Notes: generated by a model not told the origin, from the letters alone. Numbered from the stretch's first letter, positions 35,100 through 49,297 are shown. The stretch is DNA of 64,000 nt from the human T2T-CHM13v2.0 reference genome, Homo sapiens (GCF_009914755.1 NC_060928.1), one strand, 5' to 3'. Numbers and translations: made by a program.

Positions 35100-35729
35100 A
35101 TACTTCTCCAAAATACAGAGGCCATCGTCTCCCTGCCTGTGCAGGGGATTGGGTTAGGCTCTGAAGCTGAGCGTGGAGACTAGCCAGGTTGAACTTCTCA
35201 TTGTGCTTCTGAAAGTAGCCGCTCAGTTTTGTGGTTGGGCTATCCAGTTGGGTGGTATTTCCGATAGAATGTCACAGCTGTCAGGAACATAGAGGCACTA
35301 CCAAGGTCAGTGGGCTGGTCACTTGTGAGTTCCACTGCCCTTCTTTGTTTCTACCTGCTGCTGGGTGTTCAAGCCCTGCCCTTACCCCATTGGTCCCTAT
35401 GAGGTGAGACCAGAGTGGGCTTCCTGGGAAGGGTCTTGGAATGCTAGAGAAGCTGGATTGTTGCTTCTGGTTCTCTTTTCCCCCTGTAGAAACCCTGGAC
35501 CCAGGGGAATACACTCCTTGTCTTTGTGCCAACTTCGGGGAGGAGACCAGTTCTGTTAAACTTCTAATTCAGTTTTTATTCAATTCTGTGGACCACATGG
35601 ATGTCTCAGGCTTGTTATTGGAGTTTTCACAAAGATGCTAAGGACTGTGGATAGTTGCTAGTTGCATTTTCCATGGGGTGAAAGGGAAGCCTGAGAAATC
35701 TTATTTTGCCATCTTGCTGATTTCACTCC
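35100..35729 (-). mobile_element. 5' UTR of an old L1M/L1MA
   Basis: Ends 'tattttgccatcttgctgatttcactcc' = reverse complement of an L1M start GGAGTGA..CAGCAAGATGGC. Confidence 0.7.
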
Positions 35730-36751
35730 TTTAAAATGTCTATTTAAAAATTAGACTTAGAACAAAGAATGGTTAGGACAAAAAGGGACTGCAAAAGATC
35801 ATTGCCACTTCAGGTAAAACAAATCCTCAATCACTTTAGACAGATGACTGTCTAAGAATTTAAAAATGATCAAACAAATAGAAAATTACTCTATAAACTC
35901 CCACATTGAAAATGACTTCATGGATAGTTGCAGTACAATACATAGTACTCATCAGAAATGGGTGTGGCCATTTACTTTTTACTTTCTTCTAATAATGTCA
36001 AATGCTATCTTGTCAAAGAAGAAATATATTTTATTCCATATCTTAGCATTAACACAGCCTTCCCTAATCAAAGCACAATTCAATAAGCAGTCATTGAATA
36101 CTAATAATATATTAAAATTTACACTGAAGTTCATGTTGAATCTTCTAGATAGTTTAAAGGGCATAATCTAAGTAATCTCTTTTTTTTCATCTTCCTCCCT
36201 GTGGATTTAATGAAGTGGAAATCACCTTGGTAGAGCAGCAGGTGCCTTTTAGCTTTGTTGATGATTTACTTTGCCTTCAAATTTTATTCTAGCACAGCAT
36301 CTGTGAGCAAAGTCAGTTGTGCATTCCAGGCAGTTTCTTTTTTTTCTTCTTCTTCTTGATAATTTGTTATGCATCTTAATATATTTAAAAAAATTTTTGT
36401 TAGTCTTATATTGGTTTCTGGTTCCAGGAGAGTCACAAATGTTCACTTGCTTACATTTGTCTAAGTGCTTTTCCCACTTGTCCAGAACATCTTTAGCAGT
36501 TGGTCCACACTGATCTAAAGATTTTAAACAGTTATGAATGCAACATCTGTGACATTTAAATTTGTACAGAAAAGCTTTTAAAATTCTTTAGTTGTAAATT
36601 TTGAAGGCTCTCATTCTTTAAATGTTGAAAACTCCATGCTAGCAAAGACATTATTGTAAAAAGAATGTAAAGGCAAAAAAGTGTGTGTATATATAAAATA
36701 CAGAATTAAAAACTAATTTCCAGTACAATTCTGTAGGTATAGAACAAAATC

Positions 36752-37050
36752 ACAAAGGGTCTCCAACTCCCAATGGTTCAACTTATGATTTTTTGACTTT
36801 GTGGTGGGTTTATCAGGACATAACCCCCTTGTACGTTGAGCTCCTTAACAACTTACAATTGGGTTACAATTTCTGCTGAATGCATATGCTTTTGTACCAT
36901 AGTAAAGTCAAAAAAGTATAAGTCAAATCAACATAAGTCAGGGACCATCTACTATGGGGCCAGCATTAAATGCATTTATGACTTACAATATTTTTTTACT
37001 TATGATGGATTTATGGAAACAACCTCATAGTAAGTCAAGGAGTGTGTGTA
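36752..37050. mobile_element. Cluster of MER47 (Tigger5-family) terminal pieces in both orientations
   Basis: 'gggtttatcaggacataacccc', 'accatagtaaagtcaaaaaa...taagtcagggaccatct', 'catagtaagtcaaggag'. Confidence 0.72.
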
Positions 37051-37729
37051 TTTAATATCCATGAAGTTTGTTTCCTAAGACAAATACTCTAAGAACTAAT
37101 AATTTCAAGAAATGTTTTTCTTACAAGTCATACTCACATGTAAAGGATTTCAAAATAATAAACGATTACATTTTTCTATTTATATATGATGTCTTGCTCG
37201 AGCCATTTCCTAAAGCATTGCATTTAAAAAAGATACTTGAATTTTACTAAAAAATAATTCAAATAAAATCTCATACACAGTCTTCTAGCCTTTAATTTAC
37301 TCAAATTATTTAAACAATCTATTGGAAAACCAATACGTTCATAATTGTCAGTGTACAGTGTTATTAGGAAGAAAAATGACATTTTCAAAGGTGACATATT
37401 AAAACAATCAAACTCAATTAAAGACATTAAAAATTTAAAGTTTCAAAGAACAAATGGATAAATTTACACAACATAATGAAGTCACACACTAAACCCCAAA
37501 GCCTGACTAAATTTAAGACTGTTACCGAGGTTTAGATGCATTAAACATAAATACATTAACCTAATGTAGTTATTCATTATGTTACAGTTTTAAATGAATA
37601 AATTTTACAAAAAACTTTCAGGGAGATTTTAGAGAGTTAATTTATAACCTCTTTTTTTTTTCTTCACCAAGCACTGAACAAATGAGGAAGACAAGGAGTA
37701 AGGATGTCAGCAATGAAAGTATAAGCATG

Positions 37730-38415
37730 TAGAGTTGATTTTTTAATTCGAGATAATTTTAAATTTACAGAAAAACTGTAAAGATGATATAGAGTTTCTG
37801 TACAACTTTACCTAGCTTCTCCTAATGTTAACATCTTATGTAACTATGGTACAATACTATTAACTAAACAACAGACTTCATTTGGATTTCCCTGGTTTTT
37901 TCACTGATGTTGTTTTTGTTTCAGGATCCAGTCTAGAAACCCAAATCACATTTAGCTGTCATGTTTCTTTTTCTTTTTATTTTATTTTATTTTATTTATT
38001 TATTTATTTTTATTATTATACTTTAAGTTTTAGGGTACATGTGCACAATGTGCAGGTTAGTTACATATGTATACATGTGCCATGCTGGTGTGCTGCACCC
38101 ATTAACTCGTCATTTAGCATTAGGTATATCTCCTAATGCTATCCCTCCCCCCTCCCCCCACCCCACCACAGTCCCCAGAGTGTGATGTTCCCCTTCCTGT
38201 GTCCATGTGTTCTCATTGTTCAATTCCCATCTATGAGTGAGAGCATGCGGTGTTTGGTTTTTTGTTGTCATGTTTCTTTTGTCTCCTCCAATCCATGACT
38301 GTTCCTATTTCTTTGTTATGACCTTGGCACTTCTGAAAAACACTAGTCAGGTATTGTGTGAATGTCCCTCAATTTGGATGTGTCTGATTTATTAGACAAA
38401 TATTACAGATTTTTT
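37730..38415 (-). mobile_element. Old L1MC-like 3' region (host for younger L1s; resumes near 44085)
   Basis: 'cctagcttctcctaatgttaacatcttatgtaactatggtaca', 'atttagctgtcatgt', 'aatgtccctcaatttggatgtgtctgat'. Confidence 0.7.
37972..38265 (-). mobile_element. Young 5'-truncated L1 (L1PA2/PA3-like) 3' end
   Basis: Near-consensus 3' UTR with poly-C tract; perfect 15-bp TSD tgtcatgtttctttt (37957-37971, 38266-38280). Confidence 0.93.
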
Positions 38416-38467
38416 AATCACCTCAAATATTGAATTCATTTACCACTGAACTAGAATTATATATATT

Positions 38468-41400
38468 CTTATACTTTAAGTTATTGGATACGTCGGCAGA
38501 ATGTGTAGGTTTGTTACATAGGGGTACACATGTCATGGTGGTTTGCTACACCCATCAACAAGTCATCTATGTTAAGTGTATCTCCTAATGCTAACACTCC
38601 CCTAGCCCCCCAGCCCCCAAAAGGCCCCAGTGTGTGGTTCCCCTCCCTGTGTCCATGTGTACTCATTGTACAACTCCCACTTAGAGAACAAATGGTGTTT
38701 AGTTTCCTGTTCTTGTGTTAGTTTGCTGAGAATGATGGTTTCCAGCTTCATAGATGTACCTGCAAAGGATGTGAACTCATCCTTTTTTAATGGCTGCATA
38801 GTATTCCATGGTGTATATGTGCCACATTTTCTTTATCCAGTCTATCATTGATGGGCATTTGGGTTGGTTCCAAGTCTTTGCTATTGTGGACAGTGTCACA
38901 ATAAACATACATGTGCATGTGTCTTTATAGCAAAATGATTTATAATCCATTGGGTGTATAACTAGTTATGGGATTGCTGGGTGAAATGGTATTTCTAGAT
39001 CTAGATCCTTGAGGAATCACCACACTGTCTTCCACAGTGGTTGAACTGATTTACACTCCCACCAACAGTGTAAAAACATTTCTATTTCTCCACATCCTCT
39101 CCAGCATCTTTTGTTTCCTGACTTTTTAATGATTGCCATTCTAACTGGCATGAGATGGTATCTCATTGTGGTTTTTATTTGCATTTCTCTAATGACTAGT
39201 GATGATGAGCTTTTTTTCATGTTTGTTGGTTGCATACATGTCTTCTTTTGAGAAGTGTCTGTTTATATCCTTTGCCCATTTTTTGATGAGGTTGTTTTCT
39301 TCTTGTAAAGTTAAGTTCTTTGTAGATCCTGGATATTAGCCCTTTGTCAGATGGATAGATTGCAAAAATTTTCTCCCGTTCTGTAGGTTGCCTGTTCACT
39401 CTGATGATAGTTTATTTTGCTGTGCAGAAGCACTTTAATTAGATTCCATTTGTCAATTTTGTCTTTTGTTGCAGTTGCTTTTGGTGTTTTAGTCATGAAA
39501 TCTTTGCCCATGCCTGTGTCCTGAATGGTATTGCCTAGGTTTTCTTCTAGGGTTTTTATGGTTTTAAGTATTACGTTTAAGTCTCTAAGCCATCTTGAGT
39601 TAATTTTTGTACAAGGTGTAAGGAAGGAGTCCAGTTTCAGTTTTCTGCATATGGCTAGCCAATTTTCCCAACACCATTTATTAAATAGGGAATCCTTTCC
39701 CCATTTCTTGTTTTTGTCAGGTTTGTCAAAGATCCGGTGGTTGTAGATGTGTGGTGTTATTTCTGAGGTGTCTGTTCTGTTCAATTGGTCTGTATATCTG
39801 TTTTGGTACCAGTACCATGCGTTTTGGTTACTGTAGACTTTCAGAATAGTTTGAAGTCTGGGAGCATGAGGCCTCCAGCTTTGTTCTTTTTGATTAGGTT
39901 AGTCTTGGCTATGCAGACTCTTTTTTGGTTCCATATGAAATTTAAAGTAGTTTTTTCCAATTCTGTGAAGAAAGTCAATGGTAGCTTGATGGGGATAGCA
40001 TTGAATCTATAAATTACTTTGGGCAGTATGGCTGTGTTCACGATATTGATTCTTCCTATCCATGAGCATGGAATGTTTTTCCATTTGTTTGGGTCCTCTC
40101 ATTTCGTTGAGCAGTGATTTTAGCTCTCCTGGAAGAGGTCCTTCACATCCCTTGTAAGTTGTATTCCTAGGTATTTTATTCTCTTTGTAGCAATTGTGAA
40201 TGGGAGTTCACTCGTGATTTGGCTCTCTGTTTGTCTATTATTGGCTTACAGGAATGCTTGTGATTTTTGCACATTGATTTTGTATCCTCAGACTTTGCTG
40301 AAGTTGCTTAACAGCATGTCATCTGCAAACAGAGGCAAGTTGATTTCCTCTCTTCCTATTTGAATACACTTTATCTCTTGCCTGATTACCCTGGCCAGAA
40401 CTTCCAATACTACGTTGAACAGGAGTGGTGAGAGAGGGCATCCTTGTCTTGTGCCTCTTTCAAAGGGAATGCTTCCAGTTTTTGCCCATTCAGTATGACA
40501 TTGGCTGTGCATTTGTCATAAATAGCTCTTATTTTGAGATATGTTCCATCAATACCTAGTTTATTGAGAGTTTTTATTATGAAGTGGTGTTGAATTTTCT
40601 CAAAGGCCTTTTCTGCATCTGTTGAGATAATCATGTAGTTTTTGTCATTGATTCTGTTTATGTGATGAATTATGTTTATTGATTGCATATGTTGAACCAG
40701 CCTTGCATGCCAGGGATAAAGCTGACTCGATTGTGGTAGGTAAGGTTTTTCACACGCTGCTGAATTTAGTTTGCCGGTATTTTATTGAGGATTTTCTTAT
40801 TGATGTTCATCAGGGATATTGGCCTGAAATATTCTTTTTTTGTTGCGTCTCTGCCAGGTTTTGGTATCAGGATGATGCTGGCCTCATAAAATGAGTTAGG
40901 GAGGTTTCCCTCTTTTTCTATTGATTGGAATAGTTTCAGAAGGAAGGGTATCATCTCCTCTTTGTACCTCTGATAGAATTCGGCTGTGAATCCATCTGGT
41001 CCTGGACTTTTTTTGGTTGCTAGGCTATTAATTACTGCCCCAATTTCAGAACTTGCTATTGGTCTATTCAGGGATTCGACTTCTTCCTGGTTTATACTTG
41101 GGAGGGTGTATGTGTCCAGGAATTTATCCATTTCTTCTAGATTTCATAGTTAATTTGCATAGAGGTGTTTATTGTATTATCTGATGGTAGTCTGTATTTA
41201 TGTGGGGTCAGTGGTGATATCCCCTATATCATTTTTATTGCATCTATTTGATTCTTCTCTCTTTTCTTCTTTATTAGTCTAGCTAGCAGTCTATTTTGTT
41301 GATCTTTTCAAAAAAACAGCTCCTGGATTCATAGATTTTTTTTTTTAAGGATGTTTTATGTCTCTATCTCCTTCAGTTCTCCTCTGTTCTTAGTTATTTC

Positions 41401-42192
41401 TTGTCTTCTGCTAGCTTTTGAATTTGTTTGCTCTTGCTTCTCTAGTTGTTTTAATTGTGAAGTTAATGTGTCAAATTTAGATCTTTCCTGCTTTCTCTTG
41501 TGGACATTTAGTGCTATAAGTTTCCTTCTAAACGGGGCTTTAGCTGTGTCCCAGAGCTTCTGGTACATTGTGTCTTTCTTCTCATTGGTTTCAAAGAACT
41601 TATTTATTTCTGCCTTAATTTTGTTATTTACCCAGTAGTCATTCAGGAGCAAGTTGTTCAGTTTCCATGTAGTTGTGCAGTTTTGAGTGATTTTCTGAAT
41701 CCTAAGTTCTAATTTCATTGCTCTGTGGTCTCAGAGACTGTTTGTTATGATTTCAGTTGTTTTGCATTTGCTGAGGAGTGTTTTACTTCCAATTATGTGG
41801 TTGATTTTAGAAAGCATGATGTGTTGCTGAGAAGAATGTATATTCTGTTGATTTGGGGTGGAGAGTTCTGTAGATGTCTATTAGGCATGCTTGGTCCAGA
41901 GCTGAGTTCAAGTCCTGAATATCCTTGTTAATTTTCTGTCTCGTTGATCTGTCTAATATTGACAGAGTGTTAAAGTCTTCTACTATTGCACTGGAGTCTA
42001 AGTCTCTTTGCAGGTCTCTAAGAACTTGCCTTATGAATCTGGGTGCTCCTGTATTGGGTGCATATATATTTAGGATAGTTAGTTCTTCTTGTTGCATTGA
42101 TCCCTTTACCATAAGGTAATGCCCTTCTTTGTCTCTTTTGGTCTTTGTTGGTTTAAACTCTGTTTTATCAGAGACTAGGATTGCAACTCCTG

Positions 42193-42233
<41 letters not shown>

Positions 42234-44080
42234 ATTTGCTTGGTAGATCTTCATCCCTTTATTTTGAGCCTATATGTGTCTTTGCACATAAGATGGGTCT
42301 CCTGAATACAGCACATCGATGGGTCTTGACTCTTTATCCAATTTGCCAGTCTGTGTCTTTTAATTGGGGCATTTAGCCTGTTTACATTTAAGGTTAATAT
42401 TGTTATATATGAATTTGATCCTGTCATTATGATGCTAGCTGGTTATTTTGCCCATTAGTTGATGCAGTTTCTTTATAGTGTCGATGGTCTTTACAATTTG
42501 GTATGTTTTTGTAGTTGTTGGTACTGGTTGTTCCTTTCCATGTTTAGTGCTTCCTTCTGGAGCTCTTGTAAGGCAGGCCTGGTGGTGACAAAATCTCTTG
42601 ACATTTGCTTGTCTGTAGAGAATTTTATTTCTCCTTCACTTATGGAGCTTAGTTTGGCTGGATATGAAATTCTGGATTGAAAATTCTTCTCTTTTAGAAT
42701 GTTGAATATTGACCACCACTCTCTTCTGACTTGTAGGCTTACTGGAGAGAGACTCGCTGTTAGTCTGATGGGCTTTCCTTTGTGGATAACTCAACCTTTC
42801 TTTCTGGCTGCCCTTAACATTTTTTTCCTTCATTTCAACTGTGGTGAATCTGACGATTACGTATCTTGGAGTTATACTTCTTGAGGAGTATCTTTGTGGT
42901 ATTCTCTGTATTTCCTGAATTTTGAATGTTGGCCTGTCCTGCTAGGTTGGGGAAGTTCTCCTGGATAATATCCTGCAGAGTGTTTTCCAACTTGGTTTCA
43001 TTCTCCCTGTCACTTTCAGGTATACCAATCAAATGTAGGTTTGGTCTTTTCACATAGTGCCATATATCTTGGAAGCTTTATTTGCTTCGTTTCTTTTTCC
43101 TTGCATCTTGTCTTCAAGCTTTATTTCATTAAGTTGATATTCAATCTCTGATATCCTTTCTTCCACTGGATTGATTCAGCTATTGATACTTGTGTATGCT
43201 TCCCGAAGTTCTCGTGCTGTGTTTTTCAGCAATTTCAGGTCATTTATGTTCTTCTCTACACTGGTTATTCTAGTTAGCAATTGGTCTAACTTTTTTCAAG
43301 GTTCTTAGCTTCCTTTCATTGGGTTAGAAGATGCTCCTTTAGCTCAGAGGAGTTTGTTATTGCCCAAGTTCTGAAGCCTGCTTCTGTCAATTCATCAAAC
43401 TCAATCTCCATCCAGTTTTGTTCCCTTGCTGGCAAGAAGTTGTGATCCTTTGGAGAAGAGACGTTCTGGTTTTTGCAATTTTAAGCCTTTTTGTGCTGGT
43501 TTCTCCCCATCTTTGTGGATTTATCTAGCTTTGGTCTTTGATGTTGTTGACCTTCGGATGGGGTTTTGGTGTTGACATCCTTTTTGTTGATGTTGATACT
43601 ATTCCTTTCTGTTTGTTAGTTTTCCTTCTCACAGTCAGGCCTCTGCTCCAGCTCTGCTGGAGTTTGCTGAAGGTACGCTCCAGGCCCTGTTTTCCTGGGT
43701 ATCACCAGCAGAGGCTGCAGAATAGCAAAGATTGTTGCCTGTTCCTTCCTCTGGAAGTTTCGTCCCAGAGGGGTACCCGCCAGATGCCAGCCAGAGTTCT
43801 CCTGTATGAAGTGTCTGTTGACTGCTGCTGGGAGATGGCTCCCAGTCAGGAGGCTTGGGGGTCAGGGACCCACTTAAGGAGATACCTTGTCCCTTAGCAG
43901 AGCTCAAGCACTGTGCTGGGAGATCCGCTGCTCTCTTCAGAGCCATGAGGCAGGAACATTTAAGTCTGCTGAAGCTGCGCCCACAACCACCCTTTCCCCC
44001 AGGTGCTCTGTCCCAGGGAGATGGGAGTTTTATCTATAAGCCCCGGACTGGGGCTGCTGCCTTTCTTCCAGAGATGTCCT
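38468..44080 (-). mobile_element. Near full-length L1PA7-like element, truncated within the 5' UTR; ORFs disrupted
   Basis: Minus-strand ORF1/ORF2 fragments ([43 protein letters not shown]); 3' UTR at 38470-38700; expanded T run at about 42195-42230. Confidence 0.95.
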
Positions 44081-44084
44081 TTTT

Positions 44085-45880
44085 TTGAATACCAGAGAAA
44101 CAAGGTGCCCATCTCATTGCATGTAACAGAGGGCACATAATGTTGATATATTTTATTCCTAGTGATTTTATCCTTAATCACCTGGTCGAGGTGACGTCTG
44201 CCAAGCTTCTCTGTTATAAAGTTGCTGACTTTTTCCTTTTTGTATTCCAGGTTCTCTTAATGGACAGAGCTAAGAAATGTATGTATATCCATGTATATAT
44301 AGGAATCTATACTTCTATATCCCTTTATCTGTGGGTGCATACATATGTTTATATGCATACATGTATGTATATATGTATATGAATATATTTACATATAAAC
44401 ATGAATTTATACTGATCTCTATCAATCCAGTACTACAAGATATAGTCTAGCCTTTTTTTTTTAACTCCTGTCTCAGAAACTTGGTTCTCAAAATTTACAA
44501 AATAATTACTTATTTGTCCAAGCATAGTATAACTTGATAGTCTCTATTCATGTGGGATACAATTTATCAAGTAGATTACAGTGTTTATATACAGTTATCT
44601 TCCTCTTTACATAAAAATAAAGCATGCATCTAGTCAAAACACGTTTTCTTCCTATTCATTTTCAAGTGATTATATTATACATTTGGAATATGGATAAAGA
44701 ATATAGAAAACTAAAAGCAAAGTGGCAGACATAAATTTAAGCTAAACAAACCTGAAAATTTTTTTTTTTTTTTTAACAAACCTGAAAATTAAATGTATTA
44801 AATATATAGGATATAGTTAAAGCACTTACAGGGCAATTTATTCTACAATTTATTTTTAAAGAAAAATCAGCAATCAGAAATCTAAGCAATCTAAGCTTCT
44901 TTAAAAAAAATAATGAATAGTTTCTGGTTCCTCTTACATAATGTGCTTTATTTTTTGTCTACTTTCCTTATCTTCTCCAAGTCATTGATCTTTAGCAATT
45001 TGTATATGATATGCCTAGTTTTTTAAATCCTTTTTTGTGTTCTGTGAATTTCTTTGGCATATGGTTTTGTGTTTGTCATTAATCCTGGCCACTTCTCTGG
45101 CATTATTTCTTCAACTATTTCTTCTGTCCTGTTTTCTTTCCATTCTCAGTGAAGGCCTTCTATTACTCATATATCAAAACTTTTGATATTGTTTTACACT
45201 TCTTGGAAACTCTGTTCTGTGTTTTAGTTGTTGTTGCTGTGTTCCTCTTTTTCTCTTTCTCTTTCAGTTTGGGTAATTTCTATTGAACTATCTTCAAACT
45301 CACTGATTCTCTCTTTGGCTATATTCAGCCTACTAACAAGACTAAAGGACACTTTTCACATATCTTAGTGTCTTTTTAATATTCAGCATTCTCATTCAAT
45401 TTTATCTTGTGATTTTCATGTCTCTTCTCTAGATTTCCATCTTATTTTTTATACTTCTAATCTTTTACATTAGAACCATCAACATATTAATCATAGTTTA
45501 AGTTAAATTCCCTTTCTGAGAGTTTCTACATTATTGTTATGTGAACCTGGTTCTGATGGCCTTGTCTTATGGCAATGTGTTTACTCTTGCCTTTTTGTAT
45601 GCCTTACAATTATTTGTTAAATGCTGGGCATGTTTTTTAGGACAATAAATACTAAGGTTATTGTGGGTTTTTTAATGCTTGGAAATGAATATGCCTTTCC
45701 TTCTTCTAGGCCTTTTTCATGGGAGTGTGTATTCATCTAATCCAAATCTAGCCTGGGTTTGACTTTTGTTGTTCTCACTGTTACCCTTTGTGTCCCAGAA
45801 CATTCAAATGTCTGTAGTGATTCCTGGTTTTTAGCAGGAGGGTTGGTTTGTCAGAAGTTATGTTCTCAATGTTTGTTTCT
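44085..45880 (-). mobile_element. Old L1M fragments (host continuation and ORF1-like region)
   Basis: 'ccttaatcacctggtcgaggtgacgtctgcca', 'tctattgaactatcttcaaactcactgattct'; highly diverged and interrupted. Confidence 0.55.
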
Positions 45881-45887
45881 TCCTTTC

Positions 45888-46197
45888 TGCTATGGTCTGA
45901 ATGTTTGTGTCCTCCCCCAACCCTCAGAATGCATATATTGAAACTTACCTCCTGATGTAATAGCGTTAAGAGGTGAGACCTTTGGGAGGAGATGAATGCC
46001 ATTATGAAAGAAGACTGAAGGAGCTTCGTTCCACCAAGTGAGAACATTGCCATCTATGAGAAACAGAACCTCCCCAGACATGGAATCTGCCAGTGCCTTG
46101 ATCTTGAACTTGTCAGCCTCTAGAACTGTCAGAAATACATTTCCATTGATTAAATTACTGCAGTCTAAGGCATTAGCAGCAGGAACAGACTAATAAA
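45888..46197 (+). mobile_element. MLT1A-like MaLR solo LTR
   Basis: 'tgctatggtctgaatgtttgtgtcc...gaatctgccagtgccttgatcttgaactt...agactaata'; TSD-like ctttc/cttgc. Confidence 0.82.
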
Positions 46198-48249
46198 CTT
46201 GCCTTAGATCTTTTCTCTATGCTGCACTCCAGAGCACAGCTCTCCATTCAGCTCTTCTAGATGTATTCTACTTTTATTTTTACTTTAGGTTTGACAGTCT
46301 GGTGGTTGGGTCAAAAAACAGAGATTGTTTGTGATGGTGTGAATAAGTGTCTTGGTTTTAGGCAGGCTGTGTGTCCCTGGTTCTTAGGTGTGTGACCTTT
46401 ACTAGCTTCTGTTTCTCCTCTAGCTGTAGTGCTCTGCATAGCATATATTCCTGACCCTTCTTCAAGGCTAGAGCTTACTTTTGTTTTTCTTTCCTGACTC
46501 TCCTTTAAGGCTAGAGCTTACTTTTCTTTTTCTTTGTTTTCTTTCCCCAGCCTCCATGGGTTTCTACCAGTGCCCTAAGGTAACAGTTTTTATTGCCTAT
46601 TCTCCTGTTGATTAATGCCTTTGTTCCCTATGGGAGTTAGTGAATATTGGTCTAAATGGAAACTCAGATGTGTGACAAATTGAGGAAAAGTCGTTAATTT
46701 GCAGTTTGTGTAGTGTTACTTCTGCTGTAAGGGTAAGAAAAACATTCTTTCTAGCTCTCTATTGCTGAACTGAAACTGTAAGTCAGTATCAACACTTTAA
46801 AGATAGTTCAGTTAATAAAATATAGCTTAGGGACATGGTGACAAACTCACCAATGCTAACATCAGATTTGGACGAACTTACCCACTCAGTCCCTGGAAAA
46901 CTTCAGGTTTTTCCAACAGGAACAGAGCCTTTGCCAGTAAATTTGTGTTATAGGTGGAAGGAGACCAGACCACGTTTTCTACAGATGGAAAATCCTGAGG
47001 TCAAGATGAGTAGAAGTGAGATAGTTATACATACTGATTTTTCTTCCCAAATCCATTACTCAAATATATCACTTTTCCCCTTTGGGGTAAGTTGGGGGTA
47101 GAGACAAGGAATGGATATCCTTCTAGACCCACAGAAAAATAGAGAAACCCTCCTCCCTTCACAGCAACATTCCTCAGCCATTGTCGTATTTGCCCATTCA
47201 GTTCAATCAATAAATCCATAGTCAACCTGTAGGAAGAAATTAGCAATCTGTGAGTTTCTGTTTTCACTTTCCTGAGGCTGTTGTCCTTAAAATCATCAAA
47301 GTTCCTTTGAGAATACTACTAATATCACTGTATTGCCACCACAAATCCCTTAAATGAGGCAGAATAGAATACCAATAACTCCAAGCCCCTGTGTTTCATT
47401 CTCGTTTTGTTTTTTAACAATTAGACTCAGCAGCCTTGTCCAAAATAGTATATTAAAGTTTCTGTAATAAGAATAAATGATAATGTAAAGGTTAGCCTAT
47501 ATAAAATGACAACAAATGAAGATGCCCAAATTTATTTCCATTATTAAATTCTAGAGGATACTTATAACCTGCAGGCTAAATACTTTTGTTAATTATAGTG
47601 CTAAAATGTCAAAATCTAAAATAATTTTAAACTGCAAATTCAAATTCTCTTTTTCTTATCAGTTACAAATCCAGAGGAATGTAAGACTTCACCAATTTCT
47701 CATTCTGCTCAGTCTCAGCCCAAGGGGTCCTCCACATCTGGGTAGAGGTGGCATTTCTGAAGCAGATGCAGTCTGAGATCTCGCTGGAACAGGCATAGTT
47801 CTTTCATGGCCCCAGAGGTTAGTTTAATGCCAAGTCTCTCATATTCTCACTTAAGCATCTGAAGAATTACTAAGAAATACATAGACAATTGTCAGTAGCT
47901 GGCATTAGACTTAAAATTAAGCTACTTCTAGCCCCTTCATCAGAATCTAGTCATTGCTGTTGACAAAGGCCATAACGGAAATTCAAACAGCATTTAAAGA
48001 GAAAAGATGGTGAAAACCTTACTGATTTTAGTCCAGCCAGGATGCTCATCAGTGCTGGTTATCTGGAGTTCATGATCTATGAAGTTAAGCTCAATTAGTA
48101 GAAATCTTCTTTTAAAGAATAGTTACCCTATCTGGAAATACAATTACTATACTTGGAAAATTCACCATTCTACACTTTCTAGTCTCACAGAATGACATTT
48201 GAGATACTGCTATGGTTTTACATTTTTTTCTCCTTTTAAATAAACTATG

Positions 48250-49297
48250 TTTTTAAAATTATACTTTAAGTTCTGGGGTATATGTGCAGAATGTACAGGT
48301 ATACACATTACATAGGTATACACGTGCCATGGTGGCTTGCTGTACCCATGAACCGGTCATCTACATTAGGTATTTCTCTTAATGCTATCCCTCCCCCAGT
48401 CCTCCACCCCTTGACAGGCCCTGGTGTGTGATTCCCTGACCCCCACCCGTGTCCATGTGTTCTCACTGTTCAACTCCTACTTGCGAGTGAGAGCATGCAG
48501 TGTTTGGTTTTCTGTTCTTGTGTTAGTTTGCTGAGAATGATGGTTTCCAGCTTCATTCATGTCCCTACAAAGGACATGAACTCATCTTTTTTTCTGGCTG
48601 CATAATATTCCATGGTGTATATGTGCTACATTTTCTTTATCTAGTCTTTCATTGATGGGCATTTGGGTTGGTTCAAAGTCTTTGCTATTGCGAACAGTGC
48701 CACAGTAAACATAAGTGTGTATGTGTCTTTATAGTAGAATGATTTATAATCCTTTGGGTATATACCCAGTAATGGGATTGCTGGGTCAAATGGTATTTCT
48801 AGTTCTAGATCCATAAGGAATCACCACACTGTCTTCCACAATGGTTGAACTAATTTACACTCCCACCAACAGTGTAAAAGTGTTCTTATCTCTCCACATC
48901 CTCTCCAGCATCTTTTGTTTCCTTACTTTTTAATGATTGCCATTCTAACTGGCCTGAGATAGTAGCTGATGGTGGTTTTGATTTGCATTTCTCTAATGAC
49001 CAGTGATGATGAGCTTTTTTTTTCAAATGTTTGTTGTCTGCATAAATGTCTTCTTTTGAGAAGAGTCTGTTCATATCCTTTGCCCACTTTTTGGTGGGGT
49101 TGTTTTTTTCTTATAAATTTAAGTTCTTTTGTAGATTCTAGATATTAGCCCTCTGTCAGATGGATAGATTACAAAAATTTTCTCCCATTCTGTAGGTTGC
49201 CTGTTCACTCTAATCATAGTTTCTTTTGCTGTGCAGAAGCTCTTTAGGTTAATTATATCCCATTTTTCAATTTTGGCTTTTGTTGCCATTGCCTTTG
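48250..49297 (-). mobile_element. 5'-truncated L1PA7-like element (~1.05 kb)
   Basis: 'ttatactttaagttctgggg...gtgccatggtggcttgctg' 3' UTR and ORF2 C-terminal region. Confidence 0.93.

Noticed and set aside
46800-48240. Unique segment as possible exon or enhancer
   Set aside because: No convincing splice pair, CpG island or recognisable motif cluster from sequence alone
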